Source: Lingula anatina (Eukaryota; Animalia; Brachiopoda). From it: 64,000 nucleotides of DNA. A program made the translations under genes and the position numbers. The notes under the pieces are model-generated. The model worked only from the letters and a program-made list of their open reading frames with translations. It had not been told where the DNA came from and ran no database searches. This document shows positions 1-10,775 of the stretch, one piece after another. The DNA is taken from contig CM120649.1 in NCBI GenBank assembly GCA_051362555.1, forward strand, positions 8,928,001-8,992,000. The letters run 5' to 3'. Each line of letters starts with the position of its first letter. Position 1 is the first letter of the stretch.

Positions 1-409
1 AGTTTATTGTTCTTTCTTTCTAGAATACCCTTACCATGAAAAAGGAGGCAGTGAAAGACAGCAGCAAGAGCAGAACTATGTCTTATCCATGTGTACAATA
101 CATGACATGTGGCAAGATTAAGGACATTGTCAAATATTCTGCTAACAACAACCCATTCCAGAAACCCATTGTGAGGAGTAATCTGCATCTGACATTGATA
201 GTAAGGAGGAGTCTTGTATGGTATATATTGTTTTCCAGATGACAGCTATAGGTAACTTGCAACCTCCTACACAAACAAACTCAAATCATCACATTTGCTT
301 TTTTGCAATAATATATTGCAATAATACATTGCAATATTGAAATATTTGTTTTGGTCAATTCTCACACTTCTGATTATCAATTTCCGATAAACTTGGCACT
401 TAAAAAAGA

Positions 410-1945
410 CAGTCAACTGATTAGCTTATCACAGATTTTTATTGTTGTTAAGCATCTTTTGTGCAAATTTCAGAAGTATTGGACAAGATTTGACAAAATT
501 ATTAACGTTTAACTATTTTGAGCCATGGAATATTCCAGTGTGTTTGCGGTAGTTTTCTGTTTTCCGAAATATATTGCCCCAAAGAGCACTTTTCATTTGA
601 CACTGACAACTGATCAGCTTATCACAGACTTTTATTGTTGTTAAGCATCATTTGTACAGATTTTAGAAACATTGGATGAGATTTGACAAAACTATTAACA
701 TTTAACTATTTTAAGTCATGGAATTTGCCAACTTATTTTCAGTGTAATTTTTAGTTTTCTCTAATATATTGTCCAAAGAAAATTCTTTTCGTCAAACACA
801 GTCAACTGATAAGCTTATGACAGATTTTTATTAATGTTAAGCATCATTTGTGCAAATTTCAGAAGTATTGGACAAGATTTGACAAAATTATTAACGTTTA
901 ACTATTTTGAGCCATGGAATTTGCCAGTGTTTTTATGGTAGTTTTATGTTTTCAGAAAAATATTGCCCCAAAGAACAGTTTTCATTTGACACTGACAACT
1001 GATCAGCTTATCACAGACTTTTATTGTTGTTAAGCATCATTTGTGCAAATTTCAAAAACATTGGATGAGATTTGACAAAATTATTAACAATTAACTATTT
1101 AAAGTCATGGAATTTGCCAGTGTTTTCAGTGTAATTTTTAGTTTTCTTTAATATATTGTCCAAAGAAAATACTTTTCGTTAAACACAGTCAACTGATCAG
1201 CTTATCACAGACTTTTATTGTTGTTAAGGATCATTTGTACAGATTTTAGAAACATTGGATGAGATTTGACAAAATTATTAACGTTTAACTATTTTAAGTC
1301 ATGGAATTTGCCAACTTATTTTCAGTGTAATTTTTAGTTTTCTCTAATATATTGTCCAAAGAAAATACTTTTTTGTTAAACACAGTCAACTGATAAGCTT
1401 ATCACAGATTTTAATTGTTGTTAAGCATCATTTATGTAAATTTCAGAAGTATTGGACAGGATTTGTCAAAATTATTAACATTTAACTATTTTGAGCCATG
1501 GAATTTGCCAGTTTTTTTTTGGTAGTTTTCTGTTTTCAGAAAAATATTGCCCCAAAGAACAGTTTTCATTTGACACTGACAACTGATCAGCTTATCACAG
1601 ACTTTTATTGTTGTTAAGCATCATTTGTGCAAATTTCAAAAACATTGGACAAGATTTGTCAAAATTATTAACATTTAAGTATTTTAAGTCATGGAATTTG
1701 CCATTTTTTTCAGTGTAATTTTTAGTTTTCTTTAATATATCGTCCAAAGAAAATACTTTTCATTAGACACAGTCAACTGATCAACTTATCACAGATTTTT
1801 ATTGTTGTTAAGCATCTTTTGTGCAAATTTCAGAAATATTGGACAAGATTTGACAAAATTATTAATATTTAAGTATTTTGAGCCATGTGCTTTGCCAGTT
1901 TTTTCAGTGTAATTTTCAGTGTTCTGAAGTTAATTTTTCTTTCTT
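410..1945 (+). repeat. ~194-bp satellite array, ~8 monomers with A/B variants
   Basis: Motif (gt/ga)caactgatcagcttatcacaga recurs at 412, 605, 801, 994, 1188, 1385, 1578 and 1772. Confidence 0.95.
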
Positions 1946-2379
1946 TCCAGAAGAAAGCTGTAATTAATGCTTGGTGCTGCCAGTAATTATGCCACGGGGG
2001 ATTCAAGGCACAGACCGTGATCACAAGATACCGCAAATAGATTTTTAGAATTTTAGAAAATAGATTTTTCATGTGAACACAGCCTAATTCTAATGTAAAG
2101 ACATTGTTTTTGTGCTGAGCAAAAGAAATTTTGTTTCACAATAAATCTTTGTAAATCAACCATTTCTTCGGTCTTGGTATGTTCTTTGTTTAACATTGTG
2201 ACAGTGCATGTTGAGTACTTGATAAACATAGCAGTAGCAAGGACTTGTCAAATCATAAGCATATTTTACATATAAATTTAATAACTAAGATCTACCATGA
2301 CATATATTACATGAATTAGTAAGCTGTAGTCAAGGACTAATTTTGGCAAGTGGCATAGTCTATTTTTGCAGGTCATTTT

Positions 2380-2935
2380 TATATACAGTCTGTATGTCTG
2401 TACTTATTCTGGTTGGTCTGTCTGTCTGTGCTGTCGCTGTAGCTATATGACATGATGTTCGGCCCATAACTTCCAAACTATATTTTTGTTCCACTTTTAA
2501 TTTACTGAGTTGCTTTTTTGGTAAAGAGGTAGGTTGCTTTTGAAAATCGGCATGATCAGTTTACATTTATAGTAATTATTCTGTTTTTTTTTTTTTGTTT
2601 TTTTTTTCACAGTTTTAGTGACGTTCAACCCATGATTCTTGGACCATATATTTGTTTTACTTTCACTTCACCAAGTGGCTCAATTTGATAAAGAGGCAAT
2701 TGATTTTGAAAATAAGCATTATTGTTTTACATTTCTGGTAATTATTCTTTTTTTTTTTTTTTTTTTTTTGCACAATTTTTGATGTTTGCCCCATAACTGC
2801 CAAACTGTATTTTTGTTTTACTTTAAATTCACTGAGATGCTTTGTTTGGTAAAGAGGCAGGTTACTTTTGAAAATCACCATAATCGGTTTACATTTACAA
2901 TTATTATTTTTTGTGTGAATTTTTATTTTTTTCAC
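2380..2935 (+). repeat. Degenerate element: (GTCT)n tract followed by three diverged ~165-bp tandem units
   Basis: gtctgtctgtctg near 2415-2430, then units starting near 2453, 2620 and 2780 that share cccat(a/g)a...taaagagg...ttttgaaaat...tttacattt. The layout resembles Helentron-associated elements, but termini were not found. Confidence 0.5.
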
Positions 2936-3639
2936 ATAGAAATTTAAATGGCTTTTATAGCCAATGGAACTGAATCACTTGTCAGTTTTTCAATGTCAGT
3001 GTTACCTGTACCAGTAGTACATAATATCAGATGGTAAGAGTGATTATGCTGCTTTAAAGCATTATGTAACAGTGCATCAAAATTGGCCAAAACATTATTT
3101 GGTGCACTTTTTTCTGTGTAATGTCTGAATGTTTGTCAGTTTTGCTTCCTTGTTTTCTGTGTGGTGTCTGTATATTTGCCAGCTTTGCTGTCTAGTTTTG
3201 TGGAAATTATATATACATGTATTCTGCTGACTTAAACCTGGGATTGAAACTGATCTGACAATAAATCATGGCCATATTTTACTTGCAACTTAAACAATGA
3301 GTTAAGATCTACCATGGCGTCTTTGTTCAAGAACTAATTTCGGCAGGTGGCATACCTAGTTTGGTAGCTCGTTTTTTAAAGAGAAATCAGCATTAATATA
3401 TGATCTGCTAATTAATAATGCAGATCATATAATTAATATTAATATATGATCCATATTTTACATATAAATTAAATAACTAAGATCTAGCAAGACAGACGAC
3501 TGTAGACTGCTTCAATTTTAGTTTTAGCAAAACAACTTTTGGGTTTCCATTTCAAAGTATCAAACCACGAATTTTGAGGAGAAACAGTAACTGGAAGAAC
3601 TCCTTATATAGAAAAGTAAAAATGCATACTTTACCTAAA

Positions 3640-3922
3640 ACCAAGCTCTTAATTGAAAAGGGATTTGGAGATTATGATTAAAACAGAAGTCACCTAAAAG
3701 TTAGCACTTTCCAGGAACGCGTTACATGTAGCAGCAGCTTTTAACAAAACTGACATGGTGAACTTGAGGAGACGTCTGAGCTAAGAACCTGTAATTGATT
3801 AAAATGTATTCACAAAGAAAAATATCTGGATGTTGTAATGGATGATGAAAACAGACAAATCCTTAGTCGTTTTCGCGTTTGTGCATGTAAATTTCACATT
3901 CATACAGGTTGATACACAAACA
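3640..3922 (+). mobile_element. Decayed non-LTR retrotransposon ORF2 C-terminal fragment (RTE-X/CR1-L2-like)
   Basis: Interrupted translation KLLIEKGFGDY...SELRTCN*LK...KEKYLDVVMDDENRQILSRFRVCACKFHIHTG*YTN resembles the recalled LINE motif KLRTY..FK...ExYL...R..LxRFRxSxHxLxIETGRY. Confidence 0.6.
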
Positions 3923-4109
3923 TTTATCTTCACTGGTGTGTCACAATGAAATTCAGTCAAACGTGCACGTCTTTGCTGCGCCGTTTATATCCGACGCCCG
4001 AGACGCCAGTTAATTAATGCACAGCTTTATGCGCGTAATTTTTGGTCGACCACCCCCCTTTTCCTTCGTTATTATTATTTTCTCAGTGGTTATCCCCACT
4101 CCTCACTAA

Positions 4110-4390
4110 GGTCCCATTCAAAACAGATGATCCGAGTACTAACTGATCCGCTGACTAAATATGGCCGACCACACTTCAAAAGAGGTGCCGCTGATTCTCG
4201 ATGGTCTCCCCGCCTCCACACGCGCCGTCGCTGCAGGCACCTAGCAATTACACCTCGGAGTCGAGATATGATCCATTTTATGGCGCGTGTGGAGGCGGGA
4301 AGATCATTAGGAATCAGCGATTGAAGTGTTGTCGGCCATATTTAGTCGGCGGATCAGTTAGTACTTGGATTATGTATTCTGAATGGCGCC
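4110..4390. mobile_element. MITE, PIF/Harbinger (Tourist)-like
   Basis: Imperfect terminal inverted repeats of ~70 bp (…gatccgagtactaactgatccgctgactaaatatggccgac… / …gtcggccatatttagtcggcggatcagttagtacttggat…) flanked by TAA at 4107-4109 and 4391-4393. Confidence 0.8.
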
Positions 4391-5980
4391 TAATATTCTG
4401 CTCCTAGGCACTCTGTTGAATTGGTAATCTTTTGGTCAAGTTAAGAGTGCAAATTTTTTATGCCTATAGTTTTGTGCTTTGTAGTTCTTATAGTCTTAAA
4501 ACAGTCTAATTCATGTTTTAATTGAGAATAATAATAAAAAATAACCTCATTCATTTGGGATGAAAGTCTATGGACAAAACAAAATGGCGTGTTTGTATAA
4601 TATCCTGATGGTAGCGTTTTAGATTGAGGGAAATCAGCAATGGGTCTTCTCTAACACAATCCCACGACAGAGCTATTATTATGTAACCAGGTGAGCAACT
4701 TGGTGAGAGGTATTCAGATAGGACCAAGGTCAGGAGGAAGAGGAAGACACCTCATATGCCACATTGTCACAATTGCCACACGTAGACTGAAATTTTTGCA
4801 CTGCAAACTGATGTAGTTTGTTGTAAGTATTTTATAGATGACATAATAGGCAACACTGGTCGGTTTATGTTGACGATATGTTATGAAAAAGTATGCATTT
4901 CCCACTTCAGGGGTAAAGGCTCTTGGGTATATTCCATTGACAAGAATGCCGAAATGAGCTTGAAAAGTTAAACAATTTTTACGTTGCTTTTTCCAGCAGG
5001 AAAGTATTTGCTCATAAAGAAGTGAGAAGATTATCCCAGCCGTCCAAAGGTCTGAACGCGTGATTCCGTCTTAAACAAAGCAAGACGACCAAACAGGTAA
5101 CTACCGGTACATTCTCAGCTCCCAATAGATACCTTTTTTCTTACGACAGTGGTTTGTACCAATATATCCTGTTAATTAAAGTTATCTGACACTAAGCATG
5201 GTTTTCTAGAGAACTAGGGATATGGCTTAGCAAAGATAGATAAATATAAAGATTAGTATGTTGACGTGTAACAGTGTGTACAGGGCATGCAATAGTAATG
5301 ATGTCGTTGTAATCTGTACATGTGTCATTGTATAGAACGTGTAGATTCAACATACTGAGGATATATCTGTTCTTGTAATATGATTATGATATCTCTTAAT
5401 GCATACCGAAATGGATCGGTGCAAAGATTATATTTCAGTTTATCAAATCCTTAGATATTTTTCTTGTTTGTGGATTTTGTGTAATCTATTTCATTTTTTA
5501 TTTAATTTCAGCAATTCGTAACGACCCGCTACGATGAGATTGGACGCACTCCCAGAAAAGACAACATATTTGCCAGCGCCCGCACCCATGTCAACGTTGT
5601 CTTGCGTGTCGAAGTTTGTCGTTTGGTCAACTTGCAGGGTTGAGATTTGATTTGGTTTGAAATGTAATGTTTGCTTTGGGTTGTAATTTTTGTATCAAAA
5701 CGTGTATCGAATGAAGTGCAGCGTGCAACAAATGTTTTATTCATGAAACTTCTAATAAAATTAACTAAATTTAAGCGTCAACCCTGCACGTCGCTGGTGT
5801 AAATAAGTTGTAGTACAGCACTCTATCCGCACACGATCTTTTCATTGTTATTTATTGATTTTTTTTTTTTTTTTTTTTGTTCATACCCACCAGTTTCCGA
5901 ACCTGAACAACTTAATCAAAAAAGGGGCTTGCTAAGTGATCTATGAAAATAAAATTAAATTGTTGTATAATTATCATTAA

Positions 5981-6349
5981 AGATACATACAAAGTCAATT
6001 TTTTGTCATAAAAACCAACCAAATGCCAGCATATAGTTTCAAGTAGTATAACTAAGAGAATTACCAAAAGGCATTGTTTAATTTTACCCGAAAGTGATGT
6101 TTGAACATATTTTTCTGCTAGCATTCTATGCTGTTATGTCAATGGGGCAAAGTAGGTCACGAAAGTAGGTTAAATTGACAACCAAAAATTTAAAGAAAGG
6201 GGCACTCTCTTTTATGGTTGATCGGGTGATTTATTCAGTTTATCCCTCGGCATGTCGAATTTATTAGATTCGTAGAAGAAACTAGTAGAAGTGGTTTACA
6301 TGTGTTACTGGGAATTCGCGCTCCACCGATGCTCGGTTCGTATGTACCT
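5981..6349. mobile_element. TTAA-targeting non-autonomous DNA transposon (Kolobok-like termini)
   Basis: ttaa|agatacatac ... gtatgtacct|ttaa. Copy B has the empty site with a single TTAA (tatcattaagtgatgtgc, ~39480-39497). Confidence 0.8.
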
Positions 6350-8168
6350 TTAAGTGATGTGCAGGTAGAGCACTGTGCTAGTGTGACCGGTTTAATGCTT
6401 GGTTGTAAAATTATGTGTGTGGGCAATTATGTAATAAGACGCTTTATTATGCATTTGAAAATGCATGTTTATTCGTATTAAATTTGATTTTAATGAAGTT
6501 AACTCTAGGGAAAAAATACGCCGCGATTCCATTATGTAAAATGCAAACAATCTTTATTGTGATTTCATTGGCCGGATGAAATGAACAAGGTGTAAATGTA
6601 CAGTAAACTGTAAACGCTGTAATCCAAATTATGAAATTTTAGAGTATAAAATTATAAAATGTACTCAAGTTATTGCAGAATTGCCCACACGTATTGAAAA
6701 ACGGGTCTTTCTAAAATTATGACACATGGTAAGAATAAACTTCCTTTGGTTCTCGGTGTTTTGATATACTAATAGTGTGTCTGATCAGTGATAGACCCAT
6801 AGTTTTATTACTTAGAGGGGGTGGAAATGTTTGTATTTTCAGAAAATCAAACCAGGGGTTGGGTTAGTTTTTTTTCGAAATTGGTAAGTTTTTGTTATTA
6901 AAAAAAGGAAAATTAACTTTTTACCTTCATTACAAAGCGGAACTGTTCACAAAGAGAAACAGTGAATAGTAGAAAGTGTTTCCTTTTGCGTCTTTTGTCA
7001 ATTAAAATGTATATGTAGGACTGGCATTTATCGCATCTTTTACCATTTGAAATTTTGAAAAATCCCTATCAAATTCGTATCGAAAACTACAGTTGTCGCA
7101 AAGCTCTGTTTTGGGGGTAATAGGTATTTCCTAGTAATTAAACGAACATATGTAGACTGTTATCTTTTGTCAATCCTCTAAAACACGGAATTTTCCTGTT
7201 AGTTTCCAATCCACTGACTTATTGTCTAAAAATCCTTTTTCTTTTGTGATTCTTATGTCTAATCAAATATGAAAAATCAAAATACTATCAGAAAAATGAC
7301 ACTTTGATTGATTAGAGTAAGTTTTACACAAAATTGAAAGGTCAGTATTTTATTTAATGTTGATCTTGTACTTGGTATTTTCTTAATTCTGTTTTGCGAA
7401 CGGGATCAAGGGGTGATTGAGAACAAAAGGCCTGATTAGGTGTCAGTCCTGCAGTGCTGTTGGGTTATTTTTACTAAGTGTTTCTTGATCACTGAGCACC
7501 AGAGATCTTTGAGTTTATTAGCAATTCCTGAGTAAATGTGATAAGTTATTTTAAGTAAACTGGTTTTCGCATAACCTTTTCAATTTTGTTGAGGAAGTTG
7601 TGGTGTCATGAGTGTGTACCCGCGTGCGGGGGAAACGCTTACATGAGATCATATGCATTTTGAATTTTCAATTTGATACCACCTTTGAATTTGGATAAAA
7701 ATGCCCCTCGGTAAAATTTTGGATCAGTCACAAGACAAATACACCAATGTCAACTTTGAACAACGGCTGTAAAATACTTCACGTCAAATCTTTAACTCTC
7801 TCTTTCAAGTCACAGCAAAAACCTGAGAATTTCTTGTTCTGGTCAGTATTATGTCGTCTCGTATGTAGTGTTCTTGAACACCTTTTTAAAACCAAAACGA
7901 TTGATCTTGATCGATAATTTTCAAAATGCATAGAAACTCCGACTCGTTTAGTTGTAGATAGTTGTATTTAAGCTTCATTTAAGCAATGCGAAGTCGTTCT
8001 GAAAATTACTTTTTATGTAGAGCCAAAACTTCATGTATAGGTTTTGCTTACATCTGTATAGTGGAATTGCTTGTATTTGTTATATAATAAACGTACATAA
8101 AAGTTGCAATAGACTAGTTTCAAAATGTGCAAAATATCAGATGTTCATTTCCGACTTTCTTTTCTTTA

Positions 8169-8549
8169 GCTCGACTCGAACCTTTGGTTAGCAACTTGGT
8201 TGTTTTCTTCTCCTTTTTGGTCTGTCGCCTTACCTACCGAGCCACTGCCTCAACTAGCTTATTTTCATTCGTATGATCCTCTTGTGGTAGTCTAAATTGT
8301 TTATTTGGGTTTATTTTTGCAAAAGGTAATTTGCTGGGACCTAGAAGCGCCAGGAATCGAACTGGCGACCTTCTGTCTCGGAGGCAAGCGCGTTACCTAC
8401 TTCTCTAAGTGTTCCCACCCACCCTCCTCGGGTAGACTTTCTTCTTATAGTAACCGAAGAAAAATTTTTGATGGCACCCCTTTGTAATTCCAAAGTGCCC
8501 GAACCAGGAATCGAACCCGAACCCCAACCCCAGGCTACCCCTGAGCCAT
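8169..8549 (-). other. Three tandem tRNA-derived (Pol III A-box/B-box) units, degenerate
   Basis: Minus strand: TGGCTCAGGGG..GGTTCGATTCC (8549-8496); TAGAGAAGTAGG..AGTTCGATTCC (8410-8341); TGGCTCGGTAGG..GGTTCGAGTCG (8245-8169). None forms a full cloverleaf. Duplicated at ~41553-41935. Confidence 0.6.
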
Positions 8550-8834
8550 GTAGCTATCAGGAAAAACGCCAAGACATTTTGTATATTCAGTAAGTTTTTT
8601 TTATTAAGAACAATTCAAATTTATTTTACTGTATTCAATTATAAATAAAACATGTATCTATAAAACATCATTGCCGTAAGTCTTTTTACTACTGCAAGTA
8701 TCTGTGAGAATATTATTGATGTCTGCACTTTAATTCACTTACAGGTGTAAAAAAAATATAACATTCTTATCTATTCGACTTGACAAATAAACTGTCTACC
8801 ACATTAATGGTATTATATTTGATCTTAATGAAAC

Positions 8835-8863
8835 CAGGGAATTATATTCGATATAATTCCCTG
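8835..8863. mobile_element. 29-bp palindromic insert with 7-bp TSD (transposon footprint)
   Basis: atgaaac|cagggaattatat-tcg-atataattccctg|atgaaac. Copy B has a single atgaaac at ~42198. Confidence 0.8.
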
Positions 8864-10607
8864 ATGAAACAAACAAAATATTTCAACTTCTTCTTAAAAA
8901 AACAACGGTGGTTGTCTCCGCCCTCCCTGAGGAGAGAGACCCATTCTGGACTCACATGATCAAGTCCTCGAAAGAATCCATCACGCTCCAAATGTCAACA
9001 CCTGTCCCCTGGATCCGCCATTGTTTTATATTTATATAACAATGAAAACTATGAGATATTTGTTAAATGCTTTTTGTACTTTTGAAATCTTATGAAATCT
9101 GGATTAAAATCCAAAGATCATATCACGATATTTCTCATATTTCCTACATCCATTTTCAATTTCAAAAATCTTGTAACAAATAATTTGCAACCTTCTGAAC
9201 ATAAATTGTTCTAAATACGAGAAAATATCTCTTATTTCTGCATCATCTGGTCAATAGAAGGAAAGATGCTGGTTATACAGAATTGCCGAAAACAATTAAA
9301 TTTGATTTATAAAATAATTTTCAATCATATAAATGGTCCCATCATCTTTACCCAGAACCTGTATTTGTTCAATAAATTAATGGTAAAAACATCAGTCATT
9401 TTCATGATAAAACGTGCCATATTTTACACTGTAAGAAATACATTCAGAGATAAATACTAAAATAACAAAATGAGTTGCTATTCTATCCTATGAATGGCAT
9501 TTACGTGTACAAAACCAGCTTTTCAAGAAAGGAATTTTCGCAACTGAAAATTGAAATTTGTAAATGAGAGAACAGTTTCATTAGCTCTGTATGTATTAAT
9601 TTGAATTATTGTTTTTCTTTTTATCATATATTTCATTTTTATAGAAATATTGGAGGTAATATCCACATATTTTATAAGCTCTTGATAAAAAAAAAACAAT
9701 TTAAATTGAAATTTGTAAATTGTACATACTTCACTAGTAAAACAAAATAATCGATCTTGGTTCGTAAAATTACATCTCTTACTTACAAGACAGCAAATAT
9801 TCAAATTTCAAGAGACGATATGCCTTTTTTCTCATCTGAACATTAAAAGAAAGACATACAATGATCGTCTGTTGTTACATTCTAGATGTCAGTCGATTTG
9901 GAGAATGAGACTGAAGAATATATACCCGGTAAAAACAGAAATGAAGAATTCGACACCGGGATGGTAGAATTTATCAACGGTAAAGATAGTGTGCTCTTTG
10001 GTGATTTATTTGAGATTGCTGAATGTTGCAGAAAAAAGGCTTTAAAACGACATAAAATTGGTATATTTTTGCGTACTTAATTCGCATTCGATCTAAACTT
10101 GAAAGTCACCCATTGCTGTCTTGCTGAAGAATACCACAAATCGATAGTACCTTTTCACATGTCACATGTGACCAACTTGAAACTACGACAGTATAGAACA
10201 TATTTCAATTCAATAAAATAAGCTTTCTAACGGATGACCATGCATTCTGATATATGATCACGTTTTAAATATATTATATTTAATTCCTATAAGACCTCAA
10301 ATCTGTGATGTTATATTGATAAATAAAACACGTGAAAAAAATCGCCTTTAGACAGAGCCTTTTCAAATCCGTCCCAAACAACATTTCGGGCTATCAACTC
10401 GCCCTTATTTCTTGAAGGATTCATCTTATAATCTGTCACGCAGAAATCTCAAGGACTTCAATTTAGCTCACACATGAAATGAAATATTAAATCTTAATTT
10501 ATGAAATCTTGTCAATATTCGAAATGGAAGTATATTACTGTACCCCCTTAATACTTGAATTATGTTCTTTACTCCAGAAATGGGCGTTATCATATATATA
10601 TACCTAA

Positions 10608-10775
10608 CAGGGGCGGATCCAGAGATATTTCCTGACAGTCTTCCAAATTATCTTTGTTGATTCGTTCTTCATTTTTGACCGTCTTCCGACAGAAAAAATT
10701 AGATACCCGCCAATGTAAACTTGAAAATCTGACCGTCTTCCGGACGACCCAGAAGACGCCCTAAATCCGCCCCTG
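10608..10775. mobile_element. hAT-like MITE (CAGGGGCGGAT family), copy A specific
   Basis: Termini caggggcggatccag / ctaaatccgcccctg with imperfect 8-bp TSD atacctaa/agtcctaa. Absent at ~44015 in copy B. Confidence 0.75.

Noticed and set aside
7690-8010. Coding-like stretch (counterpart ORF 41105-41359)
   Set aside because: Multiple stops in the frames examined and no recognisable motif.
8341-8410. Functional tRNA gene
   Set aside because: A and B boxes are present, but the acceptor and T stems are broken; treated as tRNA-derived.
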